This document shows, one piece after another, positions 38,674 through 49,504 of a stretch of DNA of 64,000 bases. How positions within the stretch are numbered: position 1 is the stretch's first letter; every line of letters begins with the position of its first letter. A model generated the notes under the pieces. The model did no database searches, was not told the origin of the DNA, and saw nothing but the letters and a program-made list of their open reading frames with translations. Source of the DNA: an uncultured Planctomycetia bacterium (GTDB taxonomy: Bacteria > Omnitrophota > Gorgyraeia > Duberdicusellales > 4484-171); the NCBI GenBank assembly GCA_964455085.1, contig CAYVYJ010000003.1, forward strand, positions 7,364 to 71,363, written 5' to 3'. Made by a program: the position numbers and the translations under genes.

Positions 38674-40077
38674 ATGATCTACAAAACTGAAAGCGAAATT
38701 TTAAATAATCCGATCTTCGAAGAAAGGGCCGGTGAAATTGTAATCAAAGACCAGGCTGCTTTTGTCGAAACAGCTATTGATAACCTGCTGGATACAATAA
38801 TCTTGAGTCCCGATGCCCACTTGCGTCGACTTTGTTACTGGGTCAGTCACAGCTGCGCTCAAACTAAAGGAGTAATTCTTTCCTCAATCCAAGGCCTATA
38901 TAAAGCCATGGGAAAAGGTAGAGTAAGCGGCTTTACCGTTCCGGCAATGAACATCAGAACACTTACTTTTGACTTAGCCTGCGGAATATTCCGCGCGGCA
39001 AGCAAGATAAATGCCGGAGCATTTATCTTCGAAATTGCTAAGAGTGAGATCGGTTATACCGCACAAAGACCCATAGAATACAGCACAATTATCCTTTTAG
39101 CCGCAATGAAGGAAGGCTATCAGGGTCCGGTTTTTATTCAAGGCGACCACTTCCAGGTTAAGGCCACAAACTACTTAAAAGACAAAGACAGCGAGATTGA
39201 TCCGCTCAAAAATCTGATTAAAGAAGCTATTGAGTCCGGCTTTTATAATATTGACATTGACTCATCCACCCTGGTTGACTTATCAAAAGAAACTCTTAAT
39301 GAACAACAAAGACTTAATTATGAAGTCTGTGCATTGTTTACAAAATACATCCGGGGATTGCAACCGGAGGACATCGAGATATCAATCGGTGGAGAAATCG
39401 GTGAAGTCGGCGGGAAAAATTCACGTCCTGAGGAACTGGACGCATTTATGGATGGGTATAAAAAGGCTATCGGCACCTTGGAAAGTATCTCTAAGATAAG
39501 TATTCAAACCGGGACCAGTCACGGTGGTGTAGTTCTCCCGGACGGTACTATTGCCAAAGTCAGTATTGATTTTGATACCTTAACTAATCTTTCCAAACTT
39601 GCCCGCGTTAACTACGGTTTAAGTGGTGCGGTCCAACACGGAGCCTCAACCTTGCCTAGCGAAGCTTTCCATCGTTTTCCGGAGGTGGGTTGTGCTGAAA
39701 TCCACTTAGCAACTCAATTTCAAAATATAGTCTACGATTATCTGCCGATTCCCTTGAAGGAGAAAATTTATAGTTGGCTGCACAAAGAGTGTGCCGGAGA
39801 AATGAAGAAAGACTGGACTGAGGACCAATTCATTTATAAGACCCGGAAAAAAGCCCTGGGGCCGTTTAAGAAAGAAATTCATTCCCTTTCCCAAGACGTC
39901 CGGTCAAAAATATCAAAAGTCTTGGAAGAGGAGTTTTCCTTTCTCTTTGACAAACTAAATATAAAAAACAGCAAAGATTTCCTGAATAAATATGTTACAG
40001 TTGTAAAGGTAACTAAACCTAAGGAAGATTTTCTAAAAGAAAAAAAGGACCTCGGAGTGTTGGAAGGGGCGGATTAG
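38674..40077 (+). CDS. Class II fructose-bisphosphate aldolase family, long form
   Basis: VPAMN, QGDH, EIGEVG, GTSHGG, VQHGAS; follows pfkA. Confidence 0.85.
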   Translation: MIYKTESEILNNPIFEERAGEIVIKDQAAFVETAIDNLLDTIILSPDAHLRRLCYWVSHSCAQTKGVILSSIQGLYKAMGKGRVSGFTVPAMNIRTLTFDLACGIFRAASKINAGAFIFEIAKSEIGYTAQRPIEYSTIILLAAMKEGYQGPVFIQGDHFQVKATNYLKDKDSEIDPLKNLIKEAIESGFYNIDIDSSTLVDLSKETLNEQQRLNYEVCALFTKYIRGLQPEDIEISIGGEIGEVGGKNSRPEELDAFMDGYKKAIGTLESISKISIQTGTSHGGVVLPDGTIAKVSIDFDTLTNLSKLARVNYGLSGAVQHGASTLPSEAFHRFPEVGCAEIHLATQFQNIVYDYLPIPLKEKIYSWLHKECAGEMKKDWTEDQFIYKTRKKALGPFKKEIHSLSQDVRSKISKVLEEEFSFLFDKLNIKNSKDFLNKYVTVVKVTKPKEDFLKEKKDLGVLEGAD

Positions 40078-40123
40078 ACCCCTCGGGAATACTCGGGGTT
40101 TAATTCCCTCGACTTCGTCGAGG
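40078..40123. repeat. Tandem REP-like hairpins
   Basis: ACCCCTCG-GGAATA-CTCGGGGT and CCTCGAC-TTC-GTCGAGG; shares CCCTCG...TCGGG..AATTC with the element at 3466-3533. Confidence 0.55.
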
Positions 40124-40141
40124 TTATTAAAGGAGGTTAAA

Positions 40142-41797
40142 ATGCGGTCAGATAGAGTCAAAAAAGGTCTAGAGAGGATGCCGAATCGTGCCCTTCTTTA
40201 CGGAACCGGTTTATGCTCTGGCCAGATCAATAAACCTTTTATCGGAATTGCTTCCAGCTTTACTGACCTTATCCCCGGACACATCAATATGCGTACTCTG
40301 GAACGCTATATCGAAAGGGGAGTTGAATCAGGCGGCGGTACCCCTTTTATTTTCGGTGTCCCGGGAATATGCGATGGTATTGCCATGGGACATCAAGGGA
40401 TGAGACAATCGCTTCCTTCGCGAGAGTTAATTGCCGACATCATTGAAAGTGTGGCCTCAGCCCACGCCTTAGACGGATTACTCCTGCTTACTAACTGCGA
40501 TAAAATTACTCCTGGTATGATCATGGGCGCCTTAAGAGTAAACATTCCCACCATCGTAGTTACGGCCGGACCGATGCTGGCTGGACACTTAGGAACTAAG
40601 CGGCTTTCTTTGGTCCGAGATACCTTTGAGGCGGTAGGACGATTTAAGGCTGGTGAGATTAGTGAAGGAAAACGCCAAGGCTTAGAAATTGAAGCTTGCC
40701 CTTCAGCTGGTTCCTGTCAGGGCCTTTACACCGCCAACACTATGGCTTGTTTAACCGAGAGCTTAGGGCTTTCGCTCCCCTTTTGTGCTACTAGCCCAGC
40801 GGTTTTAAACCAGAAAATAAGAATTGCCTATAATAGCGGTCAGCGAATCGTAGAACTAGTAGCTAAAAACTTAAAACCCCGGGATATTGTAAATAAAAAA
40901 TCATTGGAAAATGCAATCCGGGTTGATATGGCGCTGGGTGGCTCAACTAACACTGTCCTTCACCTAATGGCGATTGCTAACGAAGCTAAGGTGAGTTTAA
41001 GCCTGGATGATTTTGACCGCATAAGCAAAAATACGCCGCATATTTCTAACTTAAGACCAGGTGGTGATTATTTTATAGAAGATTTACACTATGCCGGAGG
41101 TATTCCTGCGGTATTGAAGCGACTGATAAACAAATTAAAGGAAAATGAAACTGTTAGCGGACAGAAGATAAAAACCATAGCCAAAGTTGCAAAAATTTAT
41201 GCTAATGATGTAATCCGACCGCTTAAGGAAGCCTATCACAAGCAAGGTGGAATCGCAGTTCTCTATGGTAATTTAGCAACTGAAGGGTCCGTAGTTAAGC
41301 AGACGGCTGTCGAATCCAATATTTTAAAATTCTCAGGTCCGGCTCGGGTCTTCAATTCTGAAGAAGAAGCAATGGCAGCGATTCTGGGAAAAAAGATTAA
41401 AAAAGGAGAGGTCATTGTAATTCGTTACGAAGGGCCAAGTGGCGGACCAGGTATGCGTGAGATGCTGGCACCAACAGCAGCAATTGTCGGATTGGGATTA
41501 TCTAAGCATACCGCCTTAATCACTGACGGCCGTTTCTCTGGCGGAACCCGCGGGCCCTGCATCGGACATATTTCACCGGAAGCTGCTTCTGGTGGGTTAA
41601 TCGCCTACATCAAGAATGGTGACCGAATCCTGATTGATATACCAAAACGGAGGATCGAGGTTAAATTAAGTACTGCTGAGATACTCAAGCGAAAAAAACA
41701 AATCAAACTTCTGCCAGCTAAGGTAAAATCAGGTTATTTGTCGAGGTACGGGAAAATGGCAACCTCGGCATCGAAAGGGGCAGTGTTTAAGGCCTAA
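40142..41797 (+). CDS. ilvD: Dihydroxy-acid dehydratase
   Basis: [47 protein letters not shown]. Confidence 0.97.
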   Translation: MRSDRVKKGLERMPNRALLYGTGLCSGQINKPFIGIASSFTDLIPGHINMRTLERYIERGVESGGGTPFIFGVPGICDGIAMGHQGMRQSLPSRELIADIIESVASAHALDGLLLLTNCDKITPGMIMGALRVNIPTIVVTAGPMLAGHLGTKRLSLVRDTFEAVGRFKAGEISEGKRQGLEIEACPSAGSCQGLYTANTMACLTESLGLSLPFCATSPAVLNQKIRIAYNSGQRIVELVAKNLKPRDIVNKKSLENAIRVDMALGGSTNTVLHLMAIANEAKVSLSLDDFDRISKNTPHISNLRPGGDYFIEDLHYAGGIPAVLKRLINKLKENETVSGQKIKTIAKVAKIYANDVIRPLKEAYHKQGGIAVLYGNLATEGSVVKQTAVESNILKFSGPARVFNSEEEAMAAILGKKIKKGEVIVIRYEGPSGGPGMREMLAPTAAIVGLGLSKHTALITDGRFSGGTRGPCIGHISPEAASGGLIAYIKNGDRILIDIPKRRIEVKLSTAEILKRKKQIKLLPAKVKSGYLSRYGKMATSASKGAVFKA

Positions 41798-41829
41798 ATT
41801 GCTTAAGTGATTTTAGGAAACAATTATTG

Positions 41830-41858
41830 TTGACATTATCCTAAGCCTTTGTTATTAT
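41830..41858 (+). promoter_or_regulatory. Sigma70 promoter of the mre operon
   Basis: TTGACA-17 nt-TATTAT with TG extended -10. Confidence 0.7.
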
Positions 41859-41878
41859 TTAACCTGCAGAGAAACCAG

Positions 41879-42937
41879 ATGAAAACCTTACAAATAATTA
41901 CCAAGAAAATCAGTAATCTCTTAGGAACGTTTTCTAATGATATCGGTATTGACTTAGGTACCGCCACTACCTTAGTCTATCTGCGCGGAGAGGGTATTGT
42001 TCTCTGCGAACCTTCGGTTTGTGCAATTTATAAAAATAGCGGTATCCCTCTAGCCGTAGGTGAGGAAGCTAAGAGAATGCTGGGCAAGACTCCGGGAAGC
42101 ATTGTTGCCATACGACCGATGAAAGACGGGGTTATTGCTGATTTTGGCGTAACTGAACAGATGTTGCGCTACTTTATAAAAAAAGCCTACCCGCGAAGAA
42201 TAATCATCGGACCAAGAATGGTAGTAGCTGTCCCCTCAGGTATTACTGAAGTGGAGAGACGAGCAGTAAAGGATTCAGCTCACCGAGCCGGAGCCCGTGA
42301 GGTAATCCCGGTAGAGGAGCCGATTGCTGCAGCAATCGGCGTGGGGCTGCCTATTGCCGAACCTCAAGGAAGTATGATTATTGATGTCGGAGGAGGTACT
42401 ACTGAAATTGCGGTTATTTCTCTCGGCGGTATTGTTCATGCTCGTTCGATTCGCGTAGGGGGTGATGAGATGGATATCGCAATCACCGAACATATGAAGA
42501 AAAACTACAATCTCATGGTCGGAGAAAGAACGGCTGAGGAGATAAAAATTAAGGTTGGTTCAGCTTGGCCAATTGATGAAGAGCTAACAATTGAAGTGAG
42601 GGGCCGCGATCTAATTACCGGTCTTCCTAAATTTATTAAAGCCGATTCAGATGAAATAAGAAGTGCTCTGGAAAGCCCCTTGCGGGAAATTGCCGAAGCA
42701 ACAAAAGTTACTTTGGAGAGGACACCACCGGAATTAGCTGCAGATTTAATCGAGAGAGGGATTGTTCTTTGTGGCGGAGGAGCGCTCCTAAGAGGATTGG
42801 ATAAATTAATCTCCGAGGAGACCGGTTTAGCTTGTTTTGTGGCTGATGATCCCTTAACTGCGGTAGCATTAGGGACAGGAAAAATTTTGGAAGAGCCTAA
42901 ATTCTTAAAGAAGCTTTCCCTTGTATCTTCCTTCTAA
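41879..42937 (+). CDS. mreB: Rod shape-determining protein MreB
   Basis: [29 protein letters not shown]; ATG 41879 chosen because it lies downstream of the promoter. Confidence 0.97.
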   Translation: MKTLQIITKKISNLLGTFSNDIGIDLGTATTLVYLRGEGIVLCEPSVCAIYKNSGIPLAVGEEAKRMLGKTPGSIVAIRPMKDGVIADFGVTEQMLRYFIKKAYPRRIIIGPRMVVAVPSGITEVERRAVKDSAHRAGAREVIPVEEPIAAAIGVGLPIAEPQGSMIIDVGGGTTEIAVISLGGIVHARSIRVGGDEMDIAITEHMKKNYNLMVGERTAEEIKIKVGSAWPIDEELTIEVRGRDLITGLPKFIKADSDEIRSALESPLREIAEATKVTLERTPPELAADLIERGIVLCGGGALLRGLDKLISEETGLACFVADDPLTAVALGTGKILEEPKFLKKLSLVSSF

Positions 42938-43646
42938 AATAAAACTTAAAATTCTAGTTCTAGCTGCCCTGGTTGGATTTCTGTTTTTTTTGCCATTTAA
43001 GGGTGTGTTCCAAAGTTTATTGTCATTTCTTTCTCATCAATTAACCGTTACTCCCCAAGAATCCTTCCAGCAAATAAAAAAATTTGAAAAAGAAAATATT
43101 ACCTTACAACTGCAGCTTGAAACTTCTCAAATTCTCAAAGCAGAAAATCAACGGCTTAAAAGCATACTCGACTTTCGAAATGAGGAAAAAATTGATTTAA
43201 TCGGAGCTAATGTCATCAGCTTCTCGCCTTCAAGCTGGCGACGATATCTCTTAATCGACGCAGGAAAGGATCGGGGAGTAAAAGAAGGACTCCTGGTAGT
43301 CGATGAAAAGGGAAAATTAATCGGCAAGGTTAGCGAAACTAAAGCTACTCACGCCGGGCTTACCTTAGTTAACGATCCAAATTTTAGCTTGGCGGTATTT
43401 GTCGGTGAAAGTGCCAGCGGCCTGCTTCGGGGAAACTTAACCGGAGCTAAGATTTTGTATATCGAAGATGCCGACAATGTAAAGGTTAACGATAGAGTCT
43501 GGGTAAAGGTATCAACTCAACCTTCATCGATTACCATCGGAGAAGTCGCCAGCGTTAAAAAGAGCAAAAATCAGCTTTTTTGCGATATCAAAGTAAGCTT
43601 ATCCCAGCCAGGAGCCTTTTTTAAACAAGTATTTATAATCAAATGA
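42921..43646 (+). CDS. mreC: Rod shape-determining protein MreC
   Basis: TM anchor, ENQRLKSIL coiled coil, [16 protein letters not shown]. Confidence 0.88.
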   Translation: MYLPSKIKLKILVLAALVGFLFFLPFKGVFQSLLSFLSHQLTVTPQESFQQIKKFEKENITLQLQLETSQILKAENQRLKSILDFRNEEKIDLIGANVISFSPSSWRRYLLIDAGKDRGVKEGLLVVDEKGKLIGKVSETKATHAGLTLVNDPNFSLAVFVGESASGLLRGNLTGAKILYIEDADNVKVNDRVWVKVSTQPSSITIGEVASVKKSKNQLFCDIKVSLSQPGAFFKQVFIIK

Positions 43647-44125
43647 AAAGATTAAACTCTCAGCTCCTGATTTCGTTTTTACTTCTTTTTTTTCTTGATC
43701 TGGCAAGACCTCTGGGTTATTCTTTAATAACAGAATTTCTTTTATTAGGGATTATCTTTATCTCCTTAAATAGCGATCTTTTATCGGGACTTATTCTCGG
43801 TATCGCTTTTGGTCTTTTTGCTGATTACTTGAGTCCCACTCTGCGACCTTTGAGATCCCTCGAGCTTCCCCTTATTTGCTTTCTAAACCACTACCTTTTT
43901 TCTTGCTTCCGTTTTGTAGATAAGAAAAAACAAGTTTTAATGGTAAAAAACTCTTTGGTGTTCCTGGCACTGATTATTCACATCATACTCAATACCCTTG
44001 GCACCGGCTTGATTTTACCGCTTTTTTGGATACAATTTTTTATACAGTCGGCCTTAATCTATTTTGCTCTGGATTACTTCTTGCTAAGGAATAAAACTAC
44101 CTACTCCTTTAAAGTAATCCGATAA
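43643..44125 (+). CDS. mreD: Probable MreD
   Basis: Hydrophobic 160 aa, GIAFGLFADY, located between mreC and mrdA. Confidence 0.65.
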   Translation: MKRLNSQLLISFLLLFFLDLARPLGYSLITEFLLLGIIFISLNSDLLSGLILGIAFGLFADYLSPTLRPLRSLELPLICFLNHYLFSCFRFVDKKKQVLMVKNSLVFLALIIHIILNTLGTGLILPLFWIQFFIQSALIYFALDYFLLRNKTTYSFKVIR

Positions 44126-44141
44126 ATTATAAAGATTAGTC

Positions 44142-45827
44142 ATGAACCGAATCAAAAAAGTCTATCTGGCTGGATTTTGTCTGCTGATCTTAGCCTTATT
44201 CTTTTATCAAATCATTAACGGTAACTATTACCGACAACGGGCTCAGAATAATTATGTTCGTCTTATCCCGCAGGCGGCAATCCGAGGCTCAATTTTTGAC
44301 CGCAAGGCTAATCTTCTTGCCTATGACCGGGCAATATTCAACATCAGTATCATTCCCCAGGAAATTAAAAAAGCAAAAAGTTCTTTATTTGAAAGTTTAG
44401 CCGAATTTCTAAATTACGATTTATCTCTAATTAAGAAAAATTACCAAGAGAATTTTAAGAACCCTTTTAGTCCCGTAAATATAATCCTTGATGTCGATAA
44501 AGCTACTGCCTTAAGACTTAAAGCGGAGTTTCGGGATTTAATTTTAATTAACTCCCAACCCCAACGATATTATCCTTATGCCCAAAATTTTGCTCACCTC
44601 ATTGGTTATGTGAAAGAAGCAACCTCACACTATGAGCAGTTGAAAAAATACGGTTACCAGCCCTTGGAGCGGGTAGGCTTTTTAGGGCTTGAGCAGTATT
44701 ATAACGCCTATCTTAGAGGTGAGGATGGTGGAGATTTAATAGAAGTAGATGCCCGGGGACGAGTAGTTGGATTCCTCGGCCAAAGGCACCCTGAGAAAGG
44801 TGCTGATATCTACCTTACTGTCGACAGTCAAATACAAAATCTTGGCTTTGAAGTCTTAGGGAAACAAAAAGGGGTAATTATTCTCATGGACTCACTAACC
44901 GGTGAAGTTATTTCTCTCTGTTCTTCGCCCTCCTTTAACCCTAACAATTTTACAAAGGGTGAGGATGTCGCAAGATTTCTTAACAATCGACATAGCCCCT
45001 TAATCAATCGGGCTCTCCAGGCAACTTATCCGATCGGATCCACTTTTAAGCCCCTGGCTGCCCTGGCTGCCCTAGAAGAGGGGGCAGTATCCCCAGCTAA
45101 AACATTCCTCTGCACCGGCAAGGTAAAAATTGGTCTGTCTGAATTTGGTTGCTGGGATATTCATAATGTTCAAAATCTTTATCCGGCCCTGGCTCACTCC
45201 TGTAACTCTTATTTTTATAATCTCGGCTTGAACCTAGGACCAAATGCCTTATCCCGCTGGGCAAAAAAGTTTGGTCTCGATTCATTAACCGGGATTGACT
45301 TACCTTATGAAAAAAACGGCTTCGTTCCTACACTTCGCTGGAAAAAGAAAACCCTAAAACAAAATTGGTTCATAGGGGATACCCTTAATTTCTCCATCGG
45401 CCAAGGGTTCCTGGAGGCAACACCCTTGGAGGCTGTGGTAGCAATCAATGTCTTTGCCAGCGACGGTTACCTGGTAAAACCGTATATCTTAAAGAAGGTA
45501 AATCAAACTCCTTCAGGATTAGTTTCAAAAACTTACCTCAAAGGCCATAAAAAAAACTTTCAAGCGGTTAAGCGAGGCTTAAGAGGAGCTGTTGGTGATG
45601 CTACCGGTACCGCAGAACTCCTTAATACCTTAGGCTTAGATATGTCCGGTAAGACCGGCACAGCTCAAAATAACCGAGCACCCCACGGATGGTTTGTGGG
45701 ATATTTTCCCTACAAAGATACAAAGTATACAATCTGTGTGTTTTTAGAAAATGGCGGCTCAAGCTATGAAGCGTTAAAGGTTACCTATAAATTCCTTAAA
45801 AAAATAAAAGAATCAGACCTTCTTTAA
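44142..45827 (+). CDS. mrdA: Penicillin-binding protein 2
   Basis: RGSIFDR, RYYP, STFK (SxxK), SCN (SxN), KTGT. Confidence 0.95.
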   Translation: MNRIKKVYLAGFCLLILALFFYQIINGNYYRQRAQNNYVRLIPQAAIRGSIFDRKANLLAYDRAIFNISIIPQEIKKAKSSLFESLAEFLNYDLSLIKKNYQENFKNPFSPVNIILDVDKATALRLKAEFRDLILINSQPQRYYPYAQNFAHLIGYVKEATSHYEQLKKYGYQPLERVGFLGLEQYYNAYLRGEDGGDLIEVDARGRVVGFLGQRHPEKGADIYLTVDSQIQNLGFEVLGKQKGVIILMDSLTGEVISLCSSPSFNPNNFTKGEDVARFLNNRHSPLINRALQATYPIGSTFKPLAALAALEEGAVSPAKTFLCTGKVKIGLSEFGCWDIHNVQNLYPALAHSCNSYFYNLGLNLGPNALSRWAKKFGLDSLTGIDLPYEKNGFVPTLRWKKKTLKQNWFIGDTLNFSIGQGFLEATPLEAVVAINVFASDGYLVKPYILKKVNQTPSGLVSKTYLKGHKKNFQAVKRGLRGAVGDATGTAELLNTLGLDMSGKTGTAQNNRAPHGWFVGYFPYKDTKYTICVFLENGGSSYEALKVTYKFLKKIKESDLL

Positions 45828-45830
45828 GCA

Positions 45831-46919
45831 ATGTTTAATCTGGGAGCGGTTAAATTAAAATTATCGGGCCTTAAGACAATTATCATCTGCATAATCATCC
45901 TTAATCTCTTAAGCTTATTATCAATTTACAGTAGCCTTCATCAAGGTGGAGAGTTCCTGGAGCGGCAGATTCTTTATAAGCAAATTCTCTGGATTGCTGC
46001 TTCCTGGATTTTGATACTTTTTCTTGCCCGGGTAAATTACCGAATATATTTTGGCATCGGCTATATACTCTACGCCCTAAACATAATCTTACTCTTAGCC
46101 GTATCTTTTTTCGGAAAAACCGTAATGGGAGCCCAGCGCTGGATTTCAATCTTGGGTATTACTTTCCAACCCTCGGAAATATCCAAAATTGCTATAATTA
46201 TCCTTCTGGCCAGGGTTCTTTCGCAGAACGAACAGAAAGGCCCAAAGGGATTCCTGCTCCCTTTGAGTCTAGTTGCATTCAATGCCCTGGTTATTTTTAA
46301 ACAACCAGATTTAGGTACAGCTTTAATCATTGTTTTTCTTTTTATTGGCCTGGGACTATTTTCCCGGATAAGTAAACGCTACTTTTTAGCCCTTTTTCTG
46401 ATTGGACTACTTCTTGCTCCTTTTGGCTTAAGCCAGCTCAAAGACTACCAACGCCAAAGGTTAACCGTCTTCATCAATCCCAGTGTTGATCCTCTTGGTT
46501 CTGGATACACAATTATTCAATCAAAGATTGCAGTTGGTTCAGGTAGGCTGACCGGCCAGGGATTCCTGGCTGGAACCCAGAATCAATTCAACTTCCTTCC
46601 TGAGAGACACACCGACTTTATATTCACCGTAATTGCTGAAGAGTGGGGATTTATTGGTGCATTATTCCTGCTGCTAATTTACTGGTTAATCTTAAAAAAA
46701 ATTTTGGAAAAAACTAAGGAGCTAGCTGATCCCTTTGCCTCCTACCTTTGCTTGGGGATAAGCTTACTCTTTTTCATCCATATCTTTATTAATATCGGTA
46801 TGACCTTAGGGATACTTCCGGTAGTAGGCCTGCCCTTGATCTTCCTTAGTTATGGCGGAACTAACCTTTTCGTTAACTCTATCCTCTTAGGAATCTTCTT
46901 AAATATTGCTCAGCGATGA
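45831..46919 (+). CDS. rodA: Rod shape-determining protein RodA
   Basis: GAQRWI, QPSE, QPDLGT, PERHTDFIF, SYGG. Confidence 0.95.
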   Translation: MFNLGAVKLKLSGLKTIIICIIILNLLSLLSIYSSLHQGGEFLERQILYKQILWIAASWILILFLARVNYRIYFGIGYILYALNIILLLAVSFFGKTVMGAQRWISILGITFQPSEISKIAIIILLARVLSQNEQKGPKGFLLPLSLVAFNALVIFKQPDLGTALIIVFLFIGLGLFSRISKRYFLALFLIGLLLAPFGLSQLKDYQRQRLTVFINPSVDPLGSGYTIIQSKIAVGSGRLTGQGFLAGTQNQFNFLPERHTDFIFTVIAEEWGFIGALFLLLIYWLILKKILEKTKELADPFASYLCLGISLLFFIHIFINIGMTLGILPVVGLPLIFLSYGGTNLFVNSILLGIFLNIAQR

Positions 46920-48562
46920 TTGATTTTACCAATTTCCAAAAACCCCAGAGGTATATTGGCAATGAATGGAATGTGCTAACCAGAACGCACTCAGGAAAGA
47001 TAAATGTCTGTCTCTCTTATCCGGATCTTTACGAAATCGGAATGAGTAATCTGGGAATAAGAATTATCTATGGCCTGCTTAATCAATACCCTGAGATAGC
47101 CTGTGAACGGGTATTTATGCCGGCTAATGATTTACTCCGTTTCTTAAAAGAAAAAGGCGAAAAATTATTTTCATTAGAAAGCCAACGTCCCTTAAATGAA
47201 TTTGAAATTTTAGGCTTCCATCTCGGCTGTGAACTAAACTTTACTAACATGCTTAATATTCTGGACTTAGGCGGTATCCTCTTAAGAGCCGAGGAGAGAA
47301 GCGAAACCATAGTCATCGGCGGCGGCATTGCTAATCCTGAACCGCTGGCTGAATTTATCGACCTATTTTTACTTGGTGAGTTTGAAGAAGTGGCTGAGCA
47401 ATTTACCGGGGTTTTAAAACAATACACCAATAAAGAAGAGAGACTAAAGGCCTTTGCTCAAATCAAGGGGTTTTATGTGCCTAAATTTTACTCGGTGTCA
47501 TTTAAAAATAATCGCTATAGTTTTGTTAAAAAATACTCCTTAGCAATGCTTCCTCTAAACCGGGTCTACCTTAAGGACCTTGATCAGGGCTACTATCCTG
47601 CTCAGTGGCTTACTCCTCATACTCAAATCACTCATGACCGAGCCCAGATTGAAATCGCCCGGGGTTGCCCCAACCAGTGCAGATTTTGTCAGGCCCGGGC
47701 ATTATATTGGCCCTACCGTCAAAGAAGCCTGGTCAAAATTAAACAAATGATCGAAGAAATCTATAAGTGGAGTGGCTATGAGGACTTCTCCCTTCTTTCC
47801 CTTTCGGCATCTGACTATTCTGACATCCAGGGACTGATTGCTGAGGTCTGGGATTATTGCAAAAGCCGACGGATCGGACTATCACTACCTTCCCTGCGTA
47901 TTGACGATATTCTCGGACCGTTATATCAGCAACTTAGCACACTTAAAAAAACTTCGCTGACGGTTGCTGTTGAGGCACCGCGCGATTGCCTGCGGAAAAA
48001 ATTAAATAAAAACTGTGATATCAATAAATTATTCGAAGCAGCCCGGCTAATCCGAAAACTGGGAGCAAAAAAACTCAAACTCTACTTTATGTTTGGCTTT
48101 CCTGATGAGGCCCAAGAAGACTTAATTGCTATCGGTGAGTTTCTCAACCGGCTGCGAAGAAATAGTCAGATTGAGCTTAATGCCAGTATAAATATGTTTA
48201 TACCCAAACCCTTATCACTCTGGCAAAGTACGATTATGGATAGTCTAGAAAGACTTGAGGCGAAGCGAGAGACCATAATCGGAAATATCCCGAAGACTTC
48301 TCAGATTAAATTTTCCCTATCCTCGGCTAAAAAAACTATTTTAGAGGCAATTATCGCCCGGGCTGATAGAAAGTTTTCAAAAGTTATCTACCGAGCTTAT
48401 CAATTGGGAGCCCGATATGATGGACATAATGAGTATTTTTCCTGGAATATCTGGGAAAAGTCAATGAGTGAGGAGGGAGTAGATTATCAAACTTATCTTT
48501 ACCAGGATCGCCAGAACCATCCTTGGTCGTTAATTAGTTCGGAAAATGGATCATGCAAATAA
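46916..48562 (+). CDS. TIGR03960-like radical SAM protein
   Basis: KPQRYIGNE, YPDLYEIGMSNLG, RGCPNQCRFC, SLPSLR. Confidence 0.88.
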   Translation: MIDFTNFQKPQRYIGNEWNVLTRTHSGKINVCLSYPDLYEIGMSNLGIRIIYGLLNQYPEIACERVFMPANDLLRFLKEKGEKLFSLESQRPLNEFEILGFHLGCELNFTNMLNILDLGGILLRAEERSETIVIGGGIANPEPLAEFIDLFLLGEFEEVAEQFTGVLKQYTNKEERLKAFAQIKGFYVPKFYSVSFKNNRYSFVKKYSLAMLPLNRVYLKDLDQGYYPAQWLTPHTQITHDRAQIEIARGCPNQCRFCQARALYWPYRQRSLVKIKQMIEEIYKWSGYEDFSLLSLSASDYSDIQGLIAEVWDYCKSRRIGLSLPSLRIDDILGPLYQQLSTLKKTSLTVAVEAPRDCLRKKLNKNCDINKLFEAARLIRKLGAKKLKLYFMFGFPDEAQEDLIAIGEFLNRLRRNSQIELNASINMFIPKPLSLWQSTIMDSLERLEAKRETIIGNIPKTSQIKFSLSSAKKTILEAIIARADRKFSKVIYRAYQLGARYDGHNEYFSWNIWEKSMSEEGVDYQTYLYQDRQNHPWSLISSENGSCK

Positions 48563-48855
48563 CTAAATACCCACTTAAGGTAACTCTCACTAAGCGCGGG
48601 AAGATGATTTATTTCTCGCAAATCGATTTAATACATCTCCTGGAACGGGCCCTAAGAAGAACTGATTTACCGCTTTATTTTACGCAAGGATTCAGGCCAC
48701 ATGTTAAAATCAGTTTATTGACTGGCTTAAAAGTGGGGCAGGAAGGTGAAATCAAGGCAGTTTTTTATTTTAGCCAAAGTATTTCCCTTAACTGCTTAAA
48801 GCAAGCTTTAGCCAATCAACTCCCTCAAGGATTAGCAATTGCCTCAATCAACTGA
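48553..48855 (+). CDS. TIGR03936/DUF2344 radical SAM-associated protein (short form)
   Basis: YFSQIDL, RALRR, FTQGFRPH. Confidence 0.82.
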   Translation: MQITKYPLKVTLTKRGKMIYFSQIDLIHLLERALRRTDLPLYFTQGFRPHVKISLLTGLKVGQEGEIKAVFYFSQSISLNCLKQALANQLPQGLAIASIN

Positions 48856-48892
48856 TAAGATATTTATTAAAGGTAGAAATAGAGGAGGAGGA

Positions 48893-49252
48893 TTAACGCT
48901 TAAGTAAGGCAGCCTTGATTCGTCTGGCTTTGAAGAACTTTTTAGTGAAGTTTTTAGCTCTGGACTGATCATACTTCTTGCAAGAGAAAATGTTAATATA
49001 GGCAGTAGACCAGTGCTCAGAGAAATGACCGGTTATCGAGCTAGTTTCGATTAACTGGACCAAGGAATAACCCTTAGTAAAGGCTTTCTTTTCGCCAAAG
49101 TAAGGCAGCAGGGTTTTCCCGTATTTTTTCATTTTTATCAGCTTACATAACTTATTAGTATATTCCTGTAATTTCTTTTTAGAAGAAATTATAGTCAGAT
49201 CACACCCATAAAGGTCCATAACTAACTCGTAACCAAACAATCTTTTTGCCAT
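48893..49252 (-). CDS. speD: SpeD/AdoMetDC-fold pyruvoyl-dependent decarboxylase proenzyme (atypical ETSS motif)
   Basis: GYELVMDLYGC, GYSLVQLIETSSITGHF, YINIFSCK; strong SD. Confidence 0.8.
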   Translation of the reverse strand: MAKRLFGYELVMDLYGCDLTIISSKKKLQEYTNKLCKLIKMKKYGKTLLPYFGEKKAFTKGYSLVQLIETSSITGHFSEHWSTAYINIFSCKKYDQSRAKNFTKKFFKARRIKAALLKR

Positions 49253-49405
49253 TTAATCACCTCCTTTTAAAAAATTGTCTCTAGTTTTGAAATGGGTATT
49301 TGATGGAAGGAAGAAGAGGGGGGCGTAACACAAAGAATCGCCTATAAAGCGAACCCTTGTGCATCTTAAGTGTCCGTCAGTCGGGTGATTTTTTTCTGTC
49401 ACCAT
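49253..49405 (-). other. Candidate 50-codon leader ORF with structured RNA upstream of speD
   Basis: Reads MVTEKNHPTDGHLRCTRVRFIGDSLCYAPLFFLPSNTHFKTRDNFLKGGD*; its TAA abuts the speD ATG in frame. Confidence 0.4.
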
Positions 49406-49468
49406 CCTTTTTTATTATTTTTTTATTCTTATATAGCATAAAAGCTAATCATTCCTGTAATTTAAGTT

Positions 49469-49497
49469 TTTATATCACATTTTTATCGTTTTGGCAA
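49469..49497 (-). promoter_or_regulatory. Internal sigma70 promoter upstream of the speD leader
   Basis: Minus strand TTGCCA-17 nt-TATAAA with TG extended -10. Confidence 0.65.
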
Positions 49498-49504
49498 GAG
49501 TTTT

